Shown: positions 42,183 through 52,550, counted from the first letter of the stretch. The stretch is 64,000 nucleotides of DNA from Terriglobales bacterium (GCA_035601775.1 DATNNO010000085.1:190826-254825), one strand, 5' to 3'. The notes: a model not told the origin generated them from the letters alone. Numbers and translations: made by a program.

Positions 42183-44197
42183 CGCCGAACCCTTATCTCT
42201 GGCTAATTCCGGTGCTGCCGCTGGTGGGTGCTGCCATCAATGGTCTGTTCGGGAAGCGCTTTTCCCGGCAGACCGTGTCGGCAATCGCGCTTGGGTTTAG
42301 CGGCGCGGCATTGGTCATGGCGCTATGGATCGCGGCCCATTTTTCTTCTTTGACTTTGCCTCTTGTGGAAAACCTGGCCCCGTGGATTCGAGCGGGCGAC
42401 TTTCAGGTGGACTTCGCATTCTACCTCGATCAACTTTCATTAGTGATGCTGCTGGTCGTCACTGGCGTCGGCTTCCTGATTCACATTTATTCCGTTGGCT
42501 ACATGTGGGAAGAGGGCGGGTTTTACCGTTTCTTCAGCTACCTGAATCTGTTTATGTTTTTCATGCTGACGCTGGTGCTGGCCAGTAACTATTTACTGAT
42601 GTTTATTGGCTGGGAAGGTGTGGGGCTGGCGTCTTACCTGCTGATCGGATTCTGGTTCACGAAAGACTCGGCGGCCTCTGCCGGAAAGAAGGCATTCATT
42701 GTTAATCGCATTGGCGACTTCGGATTCTTGATCGCGCTATTCTTGATGATCAAGCATTTCGGCTCACTAAATTTCGAGCAGATGTTCCGGATCGTATCTG
42801 GCATGCCAGCGGAAACCGCTGGCGCCGGTTTGCTGACCGCGATAGGTCTGCTGCTGATGGTGGGGGCTGCCGGAAAGTCAGCCCAACTCCCGCTCTATGT
42901 TTGGTTGCCGGACGCGATGGAGGGCCCGACGCCGGTTTCCGCGCTCATCCATGCGGCGACCATGGTGACGGCAGGCGTGTACATGGTGGTACGGTCGCAC
43001 GTGATTTTCGACCGCGCGCCGCAGGCGTTAGCGGTAGTCGCGATCGTCGGGACATTGACTGCTTTGTTCGCGGCGACGATTGGTGTCTGCCAAACTGACA
43101 TCAAGAAAGTTCTTGCCTACTCTACGATTTCGCAGCTGGGCTACATGTTTATGGCTTGTGGCGTGGCCGCGTATTCTGCGGGGATTTTTCACCTGATGAC
43201 CCATGCGTTCTTTAAAGGGCTGCTGTTTCTAGCGGCGGGGTCGGTGATCCATGCCGTTGGAGGCGAGCAGGACATGCGCCGCATGGGCGGGTTGCGGCAC
43301 CACATTCCGTGGACGTTCTGGACGATGACGGCGGCGACATTCGCTATCGCCGGATTCCCTCCATTCGCGGGCTTCTTCAGCAAGGACGAGATCCTTTGGC
43401 GAGCGTACTCGAGTCCTTATGGAAGCTGGGTGTACTGGGCGATTGGCGTCTTCACAGCATTTTTGACTTCGTTCTACATGTTCCGGCTTTGGTTCCTGAC
43501 TTTCTTCGGCGAGTACCGCGGTACGGCGGCAGCCCCTGGCGACGACCACATGCGCGTTGTCAGCGGGTCGCGGGCGGGGGCGCCCGCGCCACACGAGCAC
43601 GGCCACGGCGGCATCCACGAGAGCCCGAAGATCATGCTCATACCGCTGCTGATCCTAGCGGTGCTTTCGATTTGCGGTGGCTGGGTGGGAAGTGGTCGCT
43701 TCGATAAGTTCCTTACGCCGGCGCTTCACGCCGGCGTAACTGCGTATTCGATGGAGAATGTGGGGGCTGCGACTCCTGCGCCGGAACCGAAAGAGCAAGG
43801 TGGCTCTGAAACGTTTCTCACCGGCATTTCAGTTTTCGCTGCGGTCTCGGGATTGTTTCTCGCCTGGCTGTTGTACCAACGCCGACCGCAATTGCCGCAG
43901 GAAATTGCACATGCGCTCGGTGGATTCTATCAGGCCGTGCTGCACAAGTATTACGTGGACGAACTCTATGCTGCTGTCTTCGTGAAGCCTCTCATCGATG
44001 GCTCGACTCGGATTCTGTGGCACGGCATCGATCGGGACGTGATCGATGCGACGCTGGATAACAGCGCGGAGGGTGCGCGCGAAGTGTCCGATGCGATGCG
44101 ACACATGCAGTCCGGCAACCTTCGTTCCTACGCCGGCTGGATTGCCGCGGGCGCAGCAGTGGTGATCGCATACATGATCTGGATGGGAACACAATGA
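42179..44197 (+). CDS. nuoL: NADH-quinone oxidoreductase subunit L
   Basis: ATG at 42179 overlaps the nuoK stop (ATGA). [16 protein letters not shown] ... [31 protein letters not shown]. Confidence 0.92.
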   Translation: MTPNPYLWLIPVLPLVGAAINGLFGKRFSRQTVSAIALGFSGAALVMALWIAAHFSSLTLPLVENLAPWIRAGDFQVDFAFYLDQLSLVMLLVVTGVGFLIHIYSVGYMWEEGGFYRFFSYLNLFMFFMLTLVLASNYLLMFIGWEGVGLASYLLIGFWFTKDSAASAGKKAFIVNRIGDFGFLIALFLMIKHFGSLNFEQMFRIVSGMPAETAGAGLLTAIGLLLMVGAAGKSAQLPLYVWLPDAMEGPTPVSALIHAATMVTAGVYMVVRSHVIFDRAPQALAVVAIVGTLTALFAATIGVCQTDIKKVLAYSTISQLGYMFMACGVAAYSAGIFHLMTHAFFKGLLFLAAGSVIHAVGGEQDMRRMGGLRHHIPWTFWTMTAATFAIAGFPPFAGFFSKDEILWRAYSSPYGSWVYWAIGVFTAFLTSFYMFRLWFLTFFGEYRGTAAAPGDDHMRVVSGSRAGAPAPHEHGHGGIHESPKIMLIPLLILAVLSICGGWVGSGRFDKFLTPALHAGVTAYSMENVGAATPAPEPKEQGGSETFLTGISVFAAVSGLFLAWLLYQRRPQLPQEIAHALGGFYQAVLHKYYVDELYAAVFVKPLIDGSTRILWHGIDRDVIDATLDNSAEGAREVSDAMRHMQSGNLRSYAGWIAAGAAVVIAYMIWMGTQ

Positions 44198-45708
44198 GCA
44201 CCGCCCTGGACAACTCGATGCTCACGCTGGTCACGTTTATTCCGGTGGCGGGTGGGATTTTGCTGTTGCTGTTTCCGCGGCGTGACCGCGATATTCGTCT
44301 GTTCGCTCTCGTGGTCTCGCTGCTGGATTTTGTTCTTTCTTTGCACCTGCCGGTACATTTTCAGCGGGGACAAACCGGATTCCAGTACGAAGTCAACAAC
44401 CTTTGGATCTCGAATCCCAATATCCATTACCACATGGGTGTGGACGGTGTTTCGATGTGGCTGGTGGTGCTGACCACTTTTCTGACGCCGCTCTGTGTCC
44501 TCATCTCGTGGAAATCGATTCATGAGCGGGTAAAAGAATTTTTCATTCTGCTGTTGGTTCTGCAGACTGCGTTGATTGGGGTCTTTGTCGCGCTTGATCT
44601 GTTCCTTTTTTACTTCTTCTGGGAAGCCACTTTGATCCCGATGGCTTTGCTGATCGGAATTTATGGCCACGAACGGCGTGTCTATGCAGCGGTGAAATTC
44701 TTCTTGTACACGATGGTTGCTTCGATGTTCATGCTGGCGGCGATCCTGTGGCTTTACGCTAAAACCGGCACGTTTGATTTCGTTAGCATCCAAGCTGCAA
44801 TTCGTAACGGCCAAGTCGAGAACTTTGCTGGCGCAGCGCCCTGGCTCTTTCTGGGATTCTTTATCGCGTTTGCCGTGAAAGTTCCGGTCTTCCCTTTCCA
44901 TACCTGGCTGCCCGACGCGCACGTGGAAGCGCCCACGGCGGGTTCAGTTCTGCTGGCCGGTGTTCTGCTCAAGATGGGCACATACGGCTTGTTGCGATTC
45001 AATCTCGGCCTGTTTCCTGAGCAGTCGCGGAGCAATGCTTGGTGGATCATGGTGCTGGCGCTGATCGGTATCGTCTACGGCGCGCTGGTCGCAATGGTGC
45101 AGCCTAATATGAAGAAGCTGATCGCGTATTCTTCGATCAGCCACCTTGGCTTCGTTGTGCTGGGGATTTTCAGCTTCACCCAGACGGGACTGGATGGCGC
45201 GACCTTCGTCATGCTGGCGCATGGCGTTTCCACGGGCGCTCTGTTCATGGTGGCGGGGATTCTTTACGAGCGGCGACATACCTACGAAATCACAGAATTT
45301 GGCGGTCTCGCCACTCCGATGCCGGTATACGCGACGTTTTTTCTGTTCATCGTGCTGGCATCCGTGGGATTGCCTCTGCTCAACGGTTTTATCGGCGAGT
45401 TCCTGGTGCTGAGCGGTGCTTTCCGTGACCGCGCGGTTTACGGAATCCTGGGGGCAACGGGCGTGATTTGGAGCGCCTGTTATTTGCTCTGGATGTATCA
45501 GCGAGTCTTCTACGGCAAAGTCACACAGCAAGTCAATATGTCATTGCCTGACCTGAGCGGACGTGAACGTGCGGCGCTGTGGCCCACGGCGGCCGTCGCT
45601 CTGGTGATGGGCGTGGCGCCGCTACTCTGGCTGAACGCGATTGATCCCGCCGTACAAACTGCATTGGCCCCGTTCGCGCAACTTGCCAGCAAGGTGGTAG
45701 GCCGGTGA
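44194..45708 (+). CDS. nuoM: NADH-quinone oxidoreductase subunit M
   Basis: ATGA overlap with nuoL. FFWEATLIPMALLIGIYG ... FPFHTWLPDAHVEAPTAGSVLLAGVLLKMG. Confidence 0.92.
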   Translation: MSTALDNSMLTLVTFIPVAGGILLLLFPRRDRDIRLFALVVSLLDFVLSLHLPVHFQRGQTGFQYEVNNLWISNPNIHYHMGVDGVSMWLVVLTTFLTPLCVLISWKSIHERVKEFFILLLVLQTALIGVFVALDLFLFYFFWEATLIPMALLIGIYGHERRVYAAVKFFLYTMVASMFMLAAILWLYAKTGTFDFVSIQAAIRNGQVENFAGAAPWLFLGFFIAFAVKVPVFPFHTWLPDAHVEAPTAGSVLLAGVLLKMGTYGLLRFNLGLFPEQSRSNAWWIMVLALIGIVYGALVAMVQPNMKKLIAYSSISHLGFVVLGIFSFTQTGLDGATFVMLAHGVSTGALFMVAGILYERRHTYEITEFGGLATPMPVYATFFLFIVLASVGLPLLNGFIGEFLVLSGAFRDRAVYGILGATGVIWSACYLLWMYQRVFYGKVTQQVNMSLPDLSGRERAALWPTAAVALVMGVAPLLWLNAIDPAVQTALAPFAQLASKVVGR

Positions 45709-47171
45709 ACAGCGCCAACGATATGGCGCAAGTGATTCCCCATGCGGCTGACTACGTCCGCATCTTGCCGGAAATCGTGTTGGCGATTTTTGGCATGATC
45801 GTGATGGTGCTCGATCCCCTGATGGACGAGAGACGTAGTCAAAGGACGCTGGGAACCGTTGCGCTGGTTGGATCGCTGGCGGCGCTGGTTGCAACGTTAT
45901 TCCAGTCGCAATATCCAGGCCTGGGCTTCTGGAACATGGTGCGGGTGGACAGCTTCAGCGTGTTCTTCCATTTTCTGGTCGCGGCGGTAACCGTGGTTGT
46001 AATCCTGACTTCTTATGATTACATGGAAGTACAGGGGATTCGCGCTGGCGAATACTACGCGTTGGTCTTGTTTGGCGCAGTTGGGATGAGCTTGATGTCC
46101 TCGGCTGTGGAACTGGTCCTGATCTTTATTGCGCTGGAAATTTCTTCGATTTCCACATACATCCTGGCGGGATTTCGCCGGCGCGCAGCGATCAGCAGTG
46201 AGTCTTCGGTCAAGTACTTCCTGCTTGGTTCGTTTGCGACTGCATTTTTTCTTTATGGGGTCGCGCTGATGTTCGGAGCCACAGGCTCGACGAGCATAAC
46301 GGTGATCGGCGATGCACTTCGCTCGGGGCACATCCCAGTCCTGGCCTACCTTGGAGTAGCACTCATGTTCGTGGGCCTGGGTTTCAAAGTGGCGGCGGCT
46401 CCGTTCCACGTCTGGACACCCGACGTATATGAGGGCGCACCCTCACCGGTCGTTGGATTCATGTCCACCGCTCCCAAGGCAGCGGTGTTCGCCGTGCTGC
46501 TGCGGATCATGTTTGAGGCTGACGCTCCCGGGCGCGTCTGGTTGATTTGGGTAGTGGCGGCGCTTTCGATGACCCTGGGCAATATCGGGGCGCTGGTGCA
46601 GGACAACGTGAAGCGGTTGCTGGCGTACTCTTCCATCGCTCACGCAGGATATTTGCTGGTTGCGTTCGCTGCCTTGCCGAACAACGGCATTCCAGCTGCG
46701 ATGTTTTACACGACTTCGTATGCCGCGATGAACGTCGGGGCTTTTGCTGTGATCAGCCACATCGGCGGCAAGGACGAACGTTATGTCACGCTGGAAGATT
46801 ACGAAGGCCTGGGACGCCGCAGTCCCCTGCTGGCAGCGATACTGACGATTTTTCTTCTGTCATTGATCGGCATTCCGATTACCGGTGGTTTTTTCGCCAA
46901 GTTCTACGTGTTCAGCGCGGCGCTGCAGGCTAATCTGGTCGGGCTAGTGATTATCGGCGTGCTCAATAGCGCGGTGGCTTCGTACTACTATCTGCGGCTG
47001 ATCGTCGTGATGTATATGCGCGAAGCGCGCGAGGAAGTGCCCGTGGCACCAATTCCGTTGGGACTCGGAACGGCTTTGGCAATCAGCTTGGGCGCAACCA
47101 TTTATCTTGGTGTCCTTCCCGGACGAGTGCTCGACTATGCGGCCCGCACCGCAGCCGAGTGGGCGCGCTGA
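45705..47171 (+). CDS. nuoN: NADH-quinone oxidoreductase subunit N
   Basis: GTGA overlap with nuoM (alternative ATG at 45723). FKVAAAPFHVWTPDVYEGAPSPVVGFMS ... LLAYSSIAHAGY. Confidence 0.9.
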   Translation: MNSANDMAQVIPHAADYVRILPEIVLAIFGMIVMVLDPLMDERRSQRTLGTVALVGSLAALVATLFQSQYPGLGFWNMVRVDSFSVFFHFLVAAVTVVVILTSYDYMEVQGIRAGEYYALVLFGAVGMSLMSSAVELVLIFIALEISSISTYILAGFRRRAAISSESSVKYFLLGSFATAFFLYGVALMFGATGSTSITVIGDALRSGHIPVLAYLGVALMFVGLGFKVAAAPFHVWTPDVYEGAPSPVVGFMSTAPKAAVFAVLLRIMFEADAPGRVWLIWVVAALSMTLGNIGALVQDNVKRLLAYSSIAHAGYLLVAFAALPNNGIPAAMFYTTSYAAMNVGAFAVISHIGGKDERYVTLEDYEGLGRRSPLLAAILTIFLLSLIGIPITGGFFAKFYVFSAALQANLVGLVIIGVLNSAVASYYYLRLIVVMYMREAREEVPVAPIPLGLGTALAISLGATIYLGVLPGRVLDYAARTAAEWAR

Positions 47172-47184
47172 CCAGATCAGCCAC

Positions 47185-47895
47185 TCACTCCACCGCGACC
47201 GCAATATCCACATAAGCAAAAATGCGAGCGGAGAGCAGCCAGAACGCCAGTGTTTCCGCCGCCGCCAATACGACAGGAAACCAGGAAGCTGTTCCTGGAG
47301 AGCGAAAAGACGAGTTGACGACGGTCGTTCCGAGTTCCCACACGGGTATCACATATCCCCATTGTGGCCCGAGGAACTGCCCGGCCAGAGCAGGCAGCCC
47401 AAGGACCATTGCTGTGGCACCAGCCGCGAAAAAAGGGTTCAGGAACGTGGAAAACATCAGAGCCACGGTGCCGGCCAACATGCAGGCCGCCACCAGGCAG
47501 ACCATCAGAAACCAGAGATGCGAGATGGGAAATCCCGTCTCCCCTAATGTCCAACTTCCGGTGAGGCCGAGGGCGAAACAATAGACGGCGCAAGCCAGAG
47601 TTACGCCGAGCACGAGCCCCGAAAGATATTGCTGGCGTCCCACTGCCTTGGAGAGGACGCTTAGAATCCGGCGGGACCGGCGCTCGTTGTAGATGGCCGA
47701 TCCGCCGAAAAAGACGCTGAACGCCAGCACGTAGATGGCATCCTGCTTGAAGACGAAGAGCAGGTCCTCCCGTTGGCGGTGAATGTCGGTAACCAGCCCG
47801 AGAAATGCGAGGAGCAGGACCCAGAGCAGCAGAGTGAGAATGGGCCAACGCTGCTCGCGGGCGAAATTGACTGCAATGAGCAGAACCGGCTTCAC
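47185..47895 (-). CDS. ABC-2-type transporter permease-like membrane protein
   Basis: 236 aa with six TM-like segments. The start overlaps the stop of the upstream ATPase gene (ATGA). Confidence 0.6.
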   Translation of the reverse strand: MKPVLLIAVNFAREQRWPILTLLLWVLLLAFLGLVTDIHRQREDLLFVFKQDAIYVLAFSVFFGGSAIYNERRSRRILSVLSKAVGRQQYLSGLVLGVTLACAVYCFALGLTGSWTLGETGFPISHLWFLMVCLVAACMLAGTVALMFSTFLNPFFAAGATAMVLGLPALAGQFLGPQWGYVIPVWELGTTVVNSSFRSPGTASWFPVVLAAAETLAFWLLSARIFAYVDIAVAVE

Positions 47896-48815
47896 TGATT
47901 GCCTGCAAACGGAGGGGATTGAGGATCGGCGGTCACTTCCAGGAAAATCTCTTCCAGCGAGCGCCGCAGCGGATTGACGCTTACAACCTCACCTCCCAGG
48001 TTCCAGACCTTTTCCAAGGCTGCACGTTGCGTGTGGGCAGGCACGGAGAAGCTAACAACTCCGTCCCGGGCCACGGCCCCGTCGAAGTGTTTTACGGCGA
48101 TGGCGCGAACTACAATTTCAGTTTGCTCACCCACTTGGAGGAGATCGGCAGTCCTGCCCAGACGAGCCAGTCTGCCACGATGCAGCACCGCGACGCGATC
48201 ACACACCAATTCCACTTCAGAAAGCAAATGGGAACTCAAGAAGATAGTTTTGCCGGCGTTCCGCGCGCCCAGCAGCAACTCACGAACCATGACTCGCGCC
48301 AATGGATCCAGGGCGGAGGTGGGTTCGTCCAGAATCAGCAAGTCGGGATCGTTGACCATGGCCTGGGCCAATCCTACACGCTGCAGCATGCCACGGGAGA
48401 ACTTGCCCGCATTACGGTTCGCATGATCCCGCAGCCCGACAATTTCCAGGACCTGTCGCGCGCGGGTCTCAAGATGAGTTCCCCCCATCCCATTAAGTGC
48501 CCCGTAAAAGCGGACCAGTCGTTCCGCACGGCGGTGATAGAGAGCAACGCTTTCGGCGAGAAAGCCCACACGGCGGCGCGTGGCGGGATGACCAAAGCGC
48601 TCTCCAAGCAGGCGACCGCTGCCGCTCGTGGGCCGCATAAAGCCCATGGCCAGATGAATGGCGGTACTTTTGCCAGCACCGTTTGGTCCCAGGAAACCGA
48701 AAATTTCTCCAGCCTCCACGGTCAGGCTGAAGCCGTCGAGAGCACGCAGGCGACGCTTACTGGCGAAGCTACGATACTCTTTCGTAACATTGTCGAACTC
48801 GAGTACGAAGCGCAT
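47892..48815 (-). CDS. ABC transporter ATP-binding protein
   Basis: Walker A GPNGAGKST, signature-like FSRGMLQRV, Walker B LLILDEPTSALD. Confidence 0.88.
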   Translation of the reverse strand: MRFVLEFDNVTKEYRSFASKRRLRALDGFSLTVEAGEIFGFLGPNGAGKSTAIHLAMGFMRPTSGSGRLLGERFGHPATRRRVGFLAESVALYHRRAERLVRFYGALNGMGGTHLETRARQVLEIVGLRDHANRNAGKFSRGMLQRVGLAQAMVNDPDLLILDEPTSALDPLARVMVRELLLGARNAGKTIFLSSHLLSEVELVCDRVAVLHRGRLARLGRTADLLQVGEQTEIVVRAIAVKHFDGAVARDGVVSFSVPAHTQRAALEKVWNLGGEVVSVNPLRRSLEEIFLEVTADPQSPPFAGNQ

Positions 48816-48959
48816 CGTCGCTTATTCTAAATGGCTTCCCGAGCAAGCGCAGACTGGTCGCCATAAAGTCACTGCTTTAGCACAACTTTGATTTGACAAG
48901 CACGCTCTATCCCGGCCATGATAGTCGCGCGTTACAACACAAACAGCGGAGGGGGCAGT

Positions 48960-49127
48960 ATGGCTAAGTTGATGAAGAGGCTGTGGTCTGAGGAACAGGG
49001 CCAGGACATAGCGGAGTATGCCGTGATGCTGGCAGTGATTCTGGTTCTGGTGGTCGGAACCATACGACTCATCGGCGGCAGCTCAAACAATGTTTTCTCA
49101 TCAGTCGCGAGCTCGATCGGGCAGTAA
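48960..49127 (+). CDS. Flp/Fap-family type IVb pilin
   Basis: ATG at 48960 with a GGAGGGGG SD. MAKLMKRLWSEEQGQDIAEYAVMLAVILVLVVGTI has the Flp motif G-x4-EY followed by a hydrophobic helix. Confidence 0.8.
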   Translation: MAKLMKRLWSEEQGQDIAEYAVMLAVILVLVVGTIRLIGGSSNNVFSSVASSIGQ

Positions 49128-49244
49128 CCCATGCCGACGGTTGGCTGCTATTGTTTTCAACGGGTGCGGCTCAACCGCAGATTGTTTCTTGGAACTTGAG
49201 GCCAGTGCTTCCCGGGACATCCTGGGTCGGTCCTGCTGTCCGCA

Positions 49245-50732
49245 TCAGGAGACCGGCCGCATGCCGGATTGATCCGTCTTGTACTGTTTGAGTTTGTGGT
49301 AGAGAGAACTGCGCGGAATGCCGAGCTTCCTCGCGGCTGATTGGACTCGCCCACGTTCTTTATGAAGCACCTGCTGAATGTAGTTACGCTCCATCTCCTC
49401 TAAAGTTCTGAACTGGCCCATGCCTGCCAGGTACTGCTCGACCTGCACATCAAAATGCAAATCCTGATCCGCCAAGACATCGTTCCCGGCGACCAGCGCA
49501 ACCCGTTCCAGAACATTTCTGAGTTCCCGAATATTTCCCGGCCAGGAATAACTTTGCAACGCTCGCAGTGCGGCCGCACCAAGTTCCAAGCCGCCTGTCC
49601 CGAGGTCGGCGGTCAGCTCGCCGAGGATATGGGTGCTCAGAATGGGTATGTCTTCGACTCGCTCACGCAGGGACGGAACGGAAAGAGGAATCCAGCCGAT
49701 GCGATAGTACAGATCGCCCCGAAATTGCTTGCGCAGCGCCGGCGGCGCCATGACTTGCTGGGCGGCTGCCATCAAACGAACGTCAACTCGTCGATCACAG
49801 ACTTCCCCGAGCCTGCGAAACTGCTTCTCTTCCACGACCTTCAGTAGTTTTGGCTGGATCTGGAAGTCCACATTTTCAATCCCCTCGAGGAAAACCGTCC
49901 CCTTGTCGGCGATCTCCAGCAGTCCGCCTTTACTCTGCACCGTCCCGGCAGCATCTTCCTGATTGTCTCCGAACAACTCAGCCTCCAGGAGATCCTGTGA
50001 CAACCCGCCACAGTTCATATCCACGAAAGGCTCGGAAGTTCTGGGACCGTTCTGATGCAACCACCGCGCCGTCGTTCCCTTGCCGGTCCCAGTTTCTCCT
50101 TGGACTAAGACCGGGGTATCACTTAACGCTGCCCTGTGAGCCAGATCAGCAAGTCTTCGTATGCTGTCGCTTTTCCCCAAAAAAGGGTCTGGGATTCCAC
50201 GATTACTCATGGTCTTCTTCGCCAACTGCTGACGACGGTTTCGCTGATTCTCCAGGCTGCGTTGAACCATGACATGGAGTGTGGACAACTCCGCGGGCTT
50301 CGGCAAAAAGTACTCTGCTCCCAGCTTGACAGCTTCAACCGCCAAATCGATCGAACCATATCCGGTCAGAATGATGATGGGAATCGACGCATCAATCGCC
50401 TTCAGACGAGGTATGAGCTCCATGGCATTCCCGTCGGGCAGGCTGTAATCGAGGATAGCGACATCGGGGCGGGTTGCACGCCAGACTTGTTCCGCAAGCG
50501 CGCAGGTTCCGGCCGTCGCGACCTCGTACCCTTTGTCCTCGACATAATCCCGTAATAGCCCGCAATTTTCTTTCTCTCCTTCAACAATCAATACCCTGTC
50601 TCTGCGCACCCCGGTTCCTCCGGGGAGAGCAGATATTGCTCTTGAAGCGGAACTGGCTGCGAACATGCTCACGCCGTGTCTCCCTTCACGCATTTCGCCG
50701 GCAGATTTCCCGGTGCCGGCAGGTTTCCGCAA
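49245..50732 (-). CDS. NtrC/Fis-family response regulator (REC - AAA+ - Fis HTH) with degenerate sigma-54 interaction motifs
   Basis: REC (RVLIVEGEKE ... DVAILDYSLPDGN ... LPKP). AAA+ Walker A VLVQGETGTGKG. C-terminal HTH AARKLGIPRSSLYHKLKQY. The start is uncertain (in-frame Met codons at 50693 and 50666). Confidence 0.8.
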   Translation of the reverse strand: MRKPAGTGKSAGEMREGRHGVSMFAASSASRAISALPGGTGVRRDRVLIVEGEKENCGLLRDYVEDKGYEVATAGTCALAEQVWRATRPDVAILDYSLPDGNAMELIPRLKAIDASIPIIILTGYGSIDLAVEAVKLGAEYFLPKPAELSTLHVMVQRSLENQRNRRQQLAKKTMSNRGIPDPFLGKSDSIRRLADLAHRAALSDTPVLVQGETGTGKGTTARWLHQNGPRTSEPFVDMNCGGLSQDLLEAELFGDNQEDAAGTVQSKGGLLEIADKGTVFLEGIENVDFQIQPKLLKVVEEKQFRRLGEVCDRRVDVRLMAAAQQVMAPPALRKQFRGDLYYRIGWIPLSVPSLRERVEDIPILSTHILGELTADLGTGGLELGAAALRALQSYSWPGNIRELRNVLERVALVAGNDVLADQDLHFDVQVEQYLAGMGQFRTLEEMERNYIQQVLHKERGRVQSAARKLGIPRSSLYHKLKQYKTDQSGMRPVS

Positions 50733-51037
50733 CCTCTTGTTAACACATGGAGAGTGGATCGAGCTCTAGTTCGCGCCGCTGTTACGAAAACGGAACAAAA
50801 GCCGTCCCCCGCATTTTCGGCCCATTTCGATCACCAGGCCGCTTGCAAACGCGCGCCAGTCCGGGCTAATCCCAACCTTGAATTTTTGGGCTGATGCAGC
50901 TTTGAACGAACCGGAACAGAACCGGGCATGCGAGGCTTGTTCTTTGCATGCCTGTTCTTATTTCGCTAAGTTGTCCACAGCAGATCGGATTTTCTTATAC
51001 CGTGAGGCTTGCCGACGCTAAGACCATCCGAACTGCA

Positions 51038-51064
51038 AGACAATTGTTTAACAATTAAGTGACA
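51038..51064 (+). promoter_or_regulatory. Orphan phased AGACA/TAACA/TGACA repeat array in gene-poor DNA
   Basis: Pentamers at 51038, 51049 and 51060 (11-bp phasing), the same architecture as upstream of the rSAM, ribBA and Cyc2-like genes. Confidence 0.35.
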
Positions 51065-51542
51065 ACTCTGCTGCTTCCCAGTCCGCTCCAGGTGAATCCA
51101 ACGATATGTCAGGATCGAAAGTAGCTTTCGAAGATGATCTCTGCTTGACGGTTGTATCAGCGGTGGCAAAGAGCGCAGAGCACATGGGAGCGAACCTGCT
51201 CCCATGCAATGCGGCAGCCCGGTTGCAAGCCCGGGCCCAACAAAAAACATGTCTCCCCTGGCACAACTCGATCGCCTGCTGGAAAGCATCGTTCAGGAGC
51301 TGACTTTGCGTATTGTCGTTCCACGGTTGAGCGAGTTTGACTCGGTTTGGGACACTGCGAACAGTATCTGCGACCGCTACCAGATCAAGAGCGTCTCCAG
51401 TTGGCGATAGCTCCCTCGGTTACAGTCGAGAGGCAGGGGGACGGGAAACGATTTGGAAGGGCGGGACGTGATGCAAACTGGGATGGACGCCGCTCGTTGC
51501 GCCGCGGAATAACCTGAGCGCAATACCAAGACCCAACTTTCG

Positions 51543-52271
51543 CTATTGCTGCGTCCAGCGAAAAGCGCGCACGCCAAGAAAGATGTTGGCGGCGGTTACA
51601 CACGCAGCGGGGACGTACCAAATGCGGCTGTGTTTCCTCTTCATGTAGTAGGTCAGATACGCAACCCCCAAGTCAGCGGGAATTCCGATTCCATACAGGG
51701 CGGCCCGGCTGCGTAAGGAAGGTGGGACATCGTTGCAGGAGGCGTGTTGCTTCAAGCAGCTCAGGGTCAATTCTGCATTTGCGATGCTTGCGCCGAACAT
51801 CCCGCTGGTGAGCGCCAGGTAGTTCCGGTCCGCGACAGTGCGATCCACCCAAAGCGGGCCACCCATGGCAGCGGCCGGTGCCCCGTGAGACTCTCTCTTA
51901 ACAGCTGGGGAAGCCTCTGGGTCTGCGGTTGACGTGTCCGGCTTGGTCGCGCTCGGTGCGTCCGGCAGTTCGGATTCATTGCTTGCGCTGCCGATCACCG
52001 GAGCTTCAACGAGGGTCGCGGTAAGCAGCGACTGGCTAGCCTTGCCCACCTTCAGTTGAAGGTCGTCCCGCCGTTGAACGTCAATGCGATCAGACTGCGC
52101 CAGCAGTGAAAGCGCTGACCCGAGCGCAAAAGCGATACAGATATTGAACCTTCGATAACGATTACGCACCCTTCCCTCCTGGTGCTCAAGCTTCGATTTC
52201 GCGAACGGCCAATCCACATCAGTTACCTGAGCACGGGGCGGGCCAAAATCACACGCGGTGCCCTGCTGCAT
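51543..52271 (-). CDS. Hypothetical secreted/membrane protein
   Basis: Signal-like RRFNICIAFALGSALSLLAQ, a Pro/Ala/Ser-rich linker and a C-terminal hydrophobic region. The start is uncertain. No family recognised. Confidence 0.5.
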   Translation of the reverse strand: MQQGTACDFGPPRAQVTDVDWPFAKSKLEHQEGRVRNRYRRFNICIAFALGSALSLLAQSDRIDVQRRDDLQLKVGKASQSLLTATLVEAPVIGSASNESELPDAPSATKPDTSTADPEASPAVKRESHGAPAAAMGGPLWVDRTVADRNYLALTSGMFGASIANAELTLSCLKQHASCNDVPPSLRSRAALYGIGIPADLGVAYLTYYMKRKHSRIWYVPAACVTAANIFLGVRAFRWTQQ

Positions 52272-52527
52272 TAGAGCACTTTAATCGCCGAGACTAACTT
52301 GAAGCTGGCACGTGACACTAGTAGCTGAGGAACTAGCACTTTGGATTGGAGTTCGCGCGCAGGATCGTGGGAGATAAAACGTGCAGTGTTGGGCATTTAC
52401 ACGCGATGCCACTTCGTGCTTCGCACTCCGGAAAAAAATTGCGGTGCCCACTGAGCCTCGATTTTCAACACGAGATCCGATGTCATTTTTCTCGTCGCGA
52501 ATGAGACAGGTGAGATACTATCGCCAT

Positions 52528-52550
52528 ACTTTTCTCTCGCTTTGAGACAC
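52528..52550 (+). repeat. Leader repeat copy 1 (TTTCTCTCGCTTTGAGAC)
   Basis: Pairs with 52745-52767 (TTTCTCTCGTTTTGAGAC), with one mismatch over 18 nt. Each copy is preceded ~25 nt upstream by ATGAGAC(A/G)G. Confidence 0.6.

Noticed and set aside
52306-52325. Sigma-54 -24/-12 promoter candidates (TGGCAC at 52306-52311, and TGGCAC near 51258).
   Set aside because: No GC dinucleotide lies at the required 10-nt spacing after the GG. The downstream sequence does not match TTGC(A/T).
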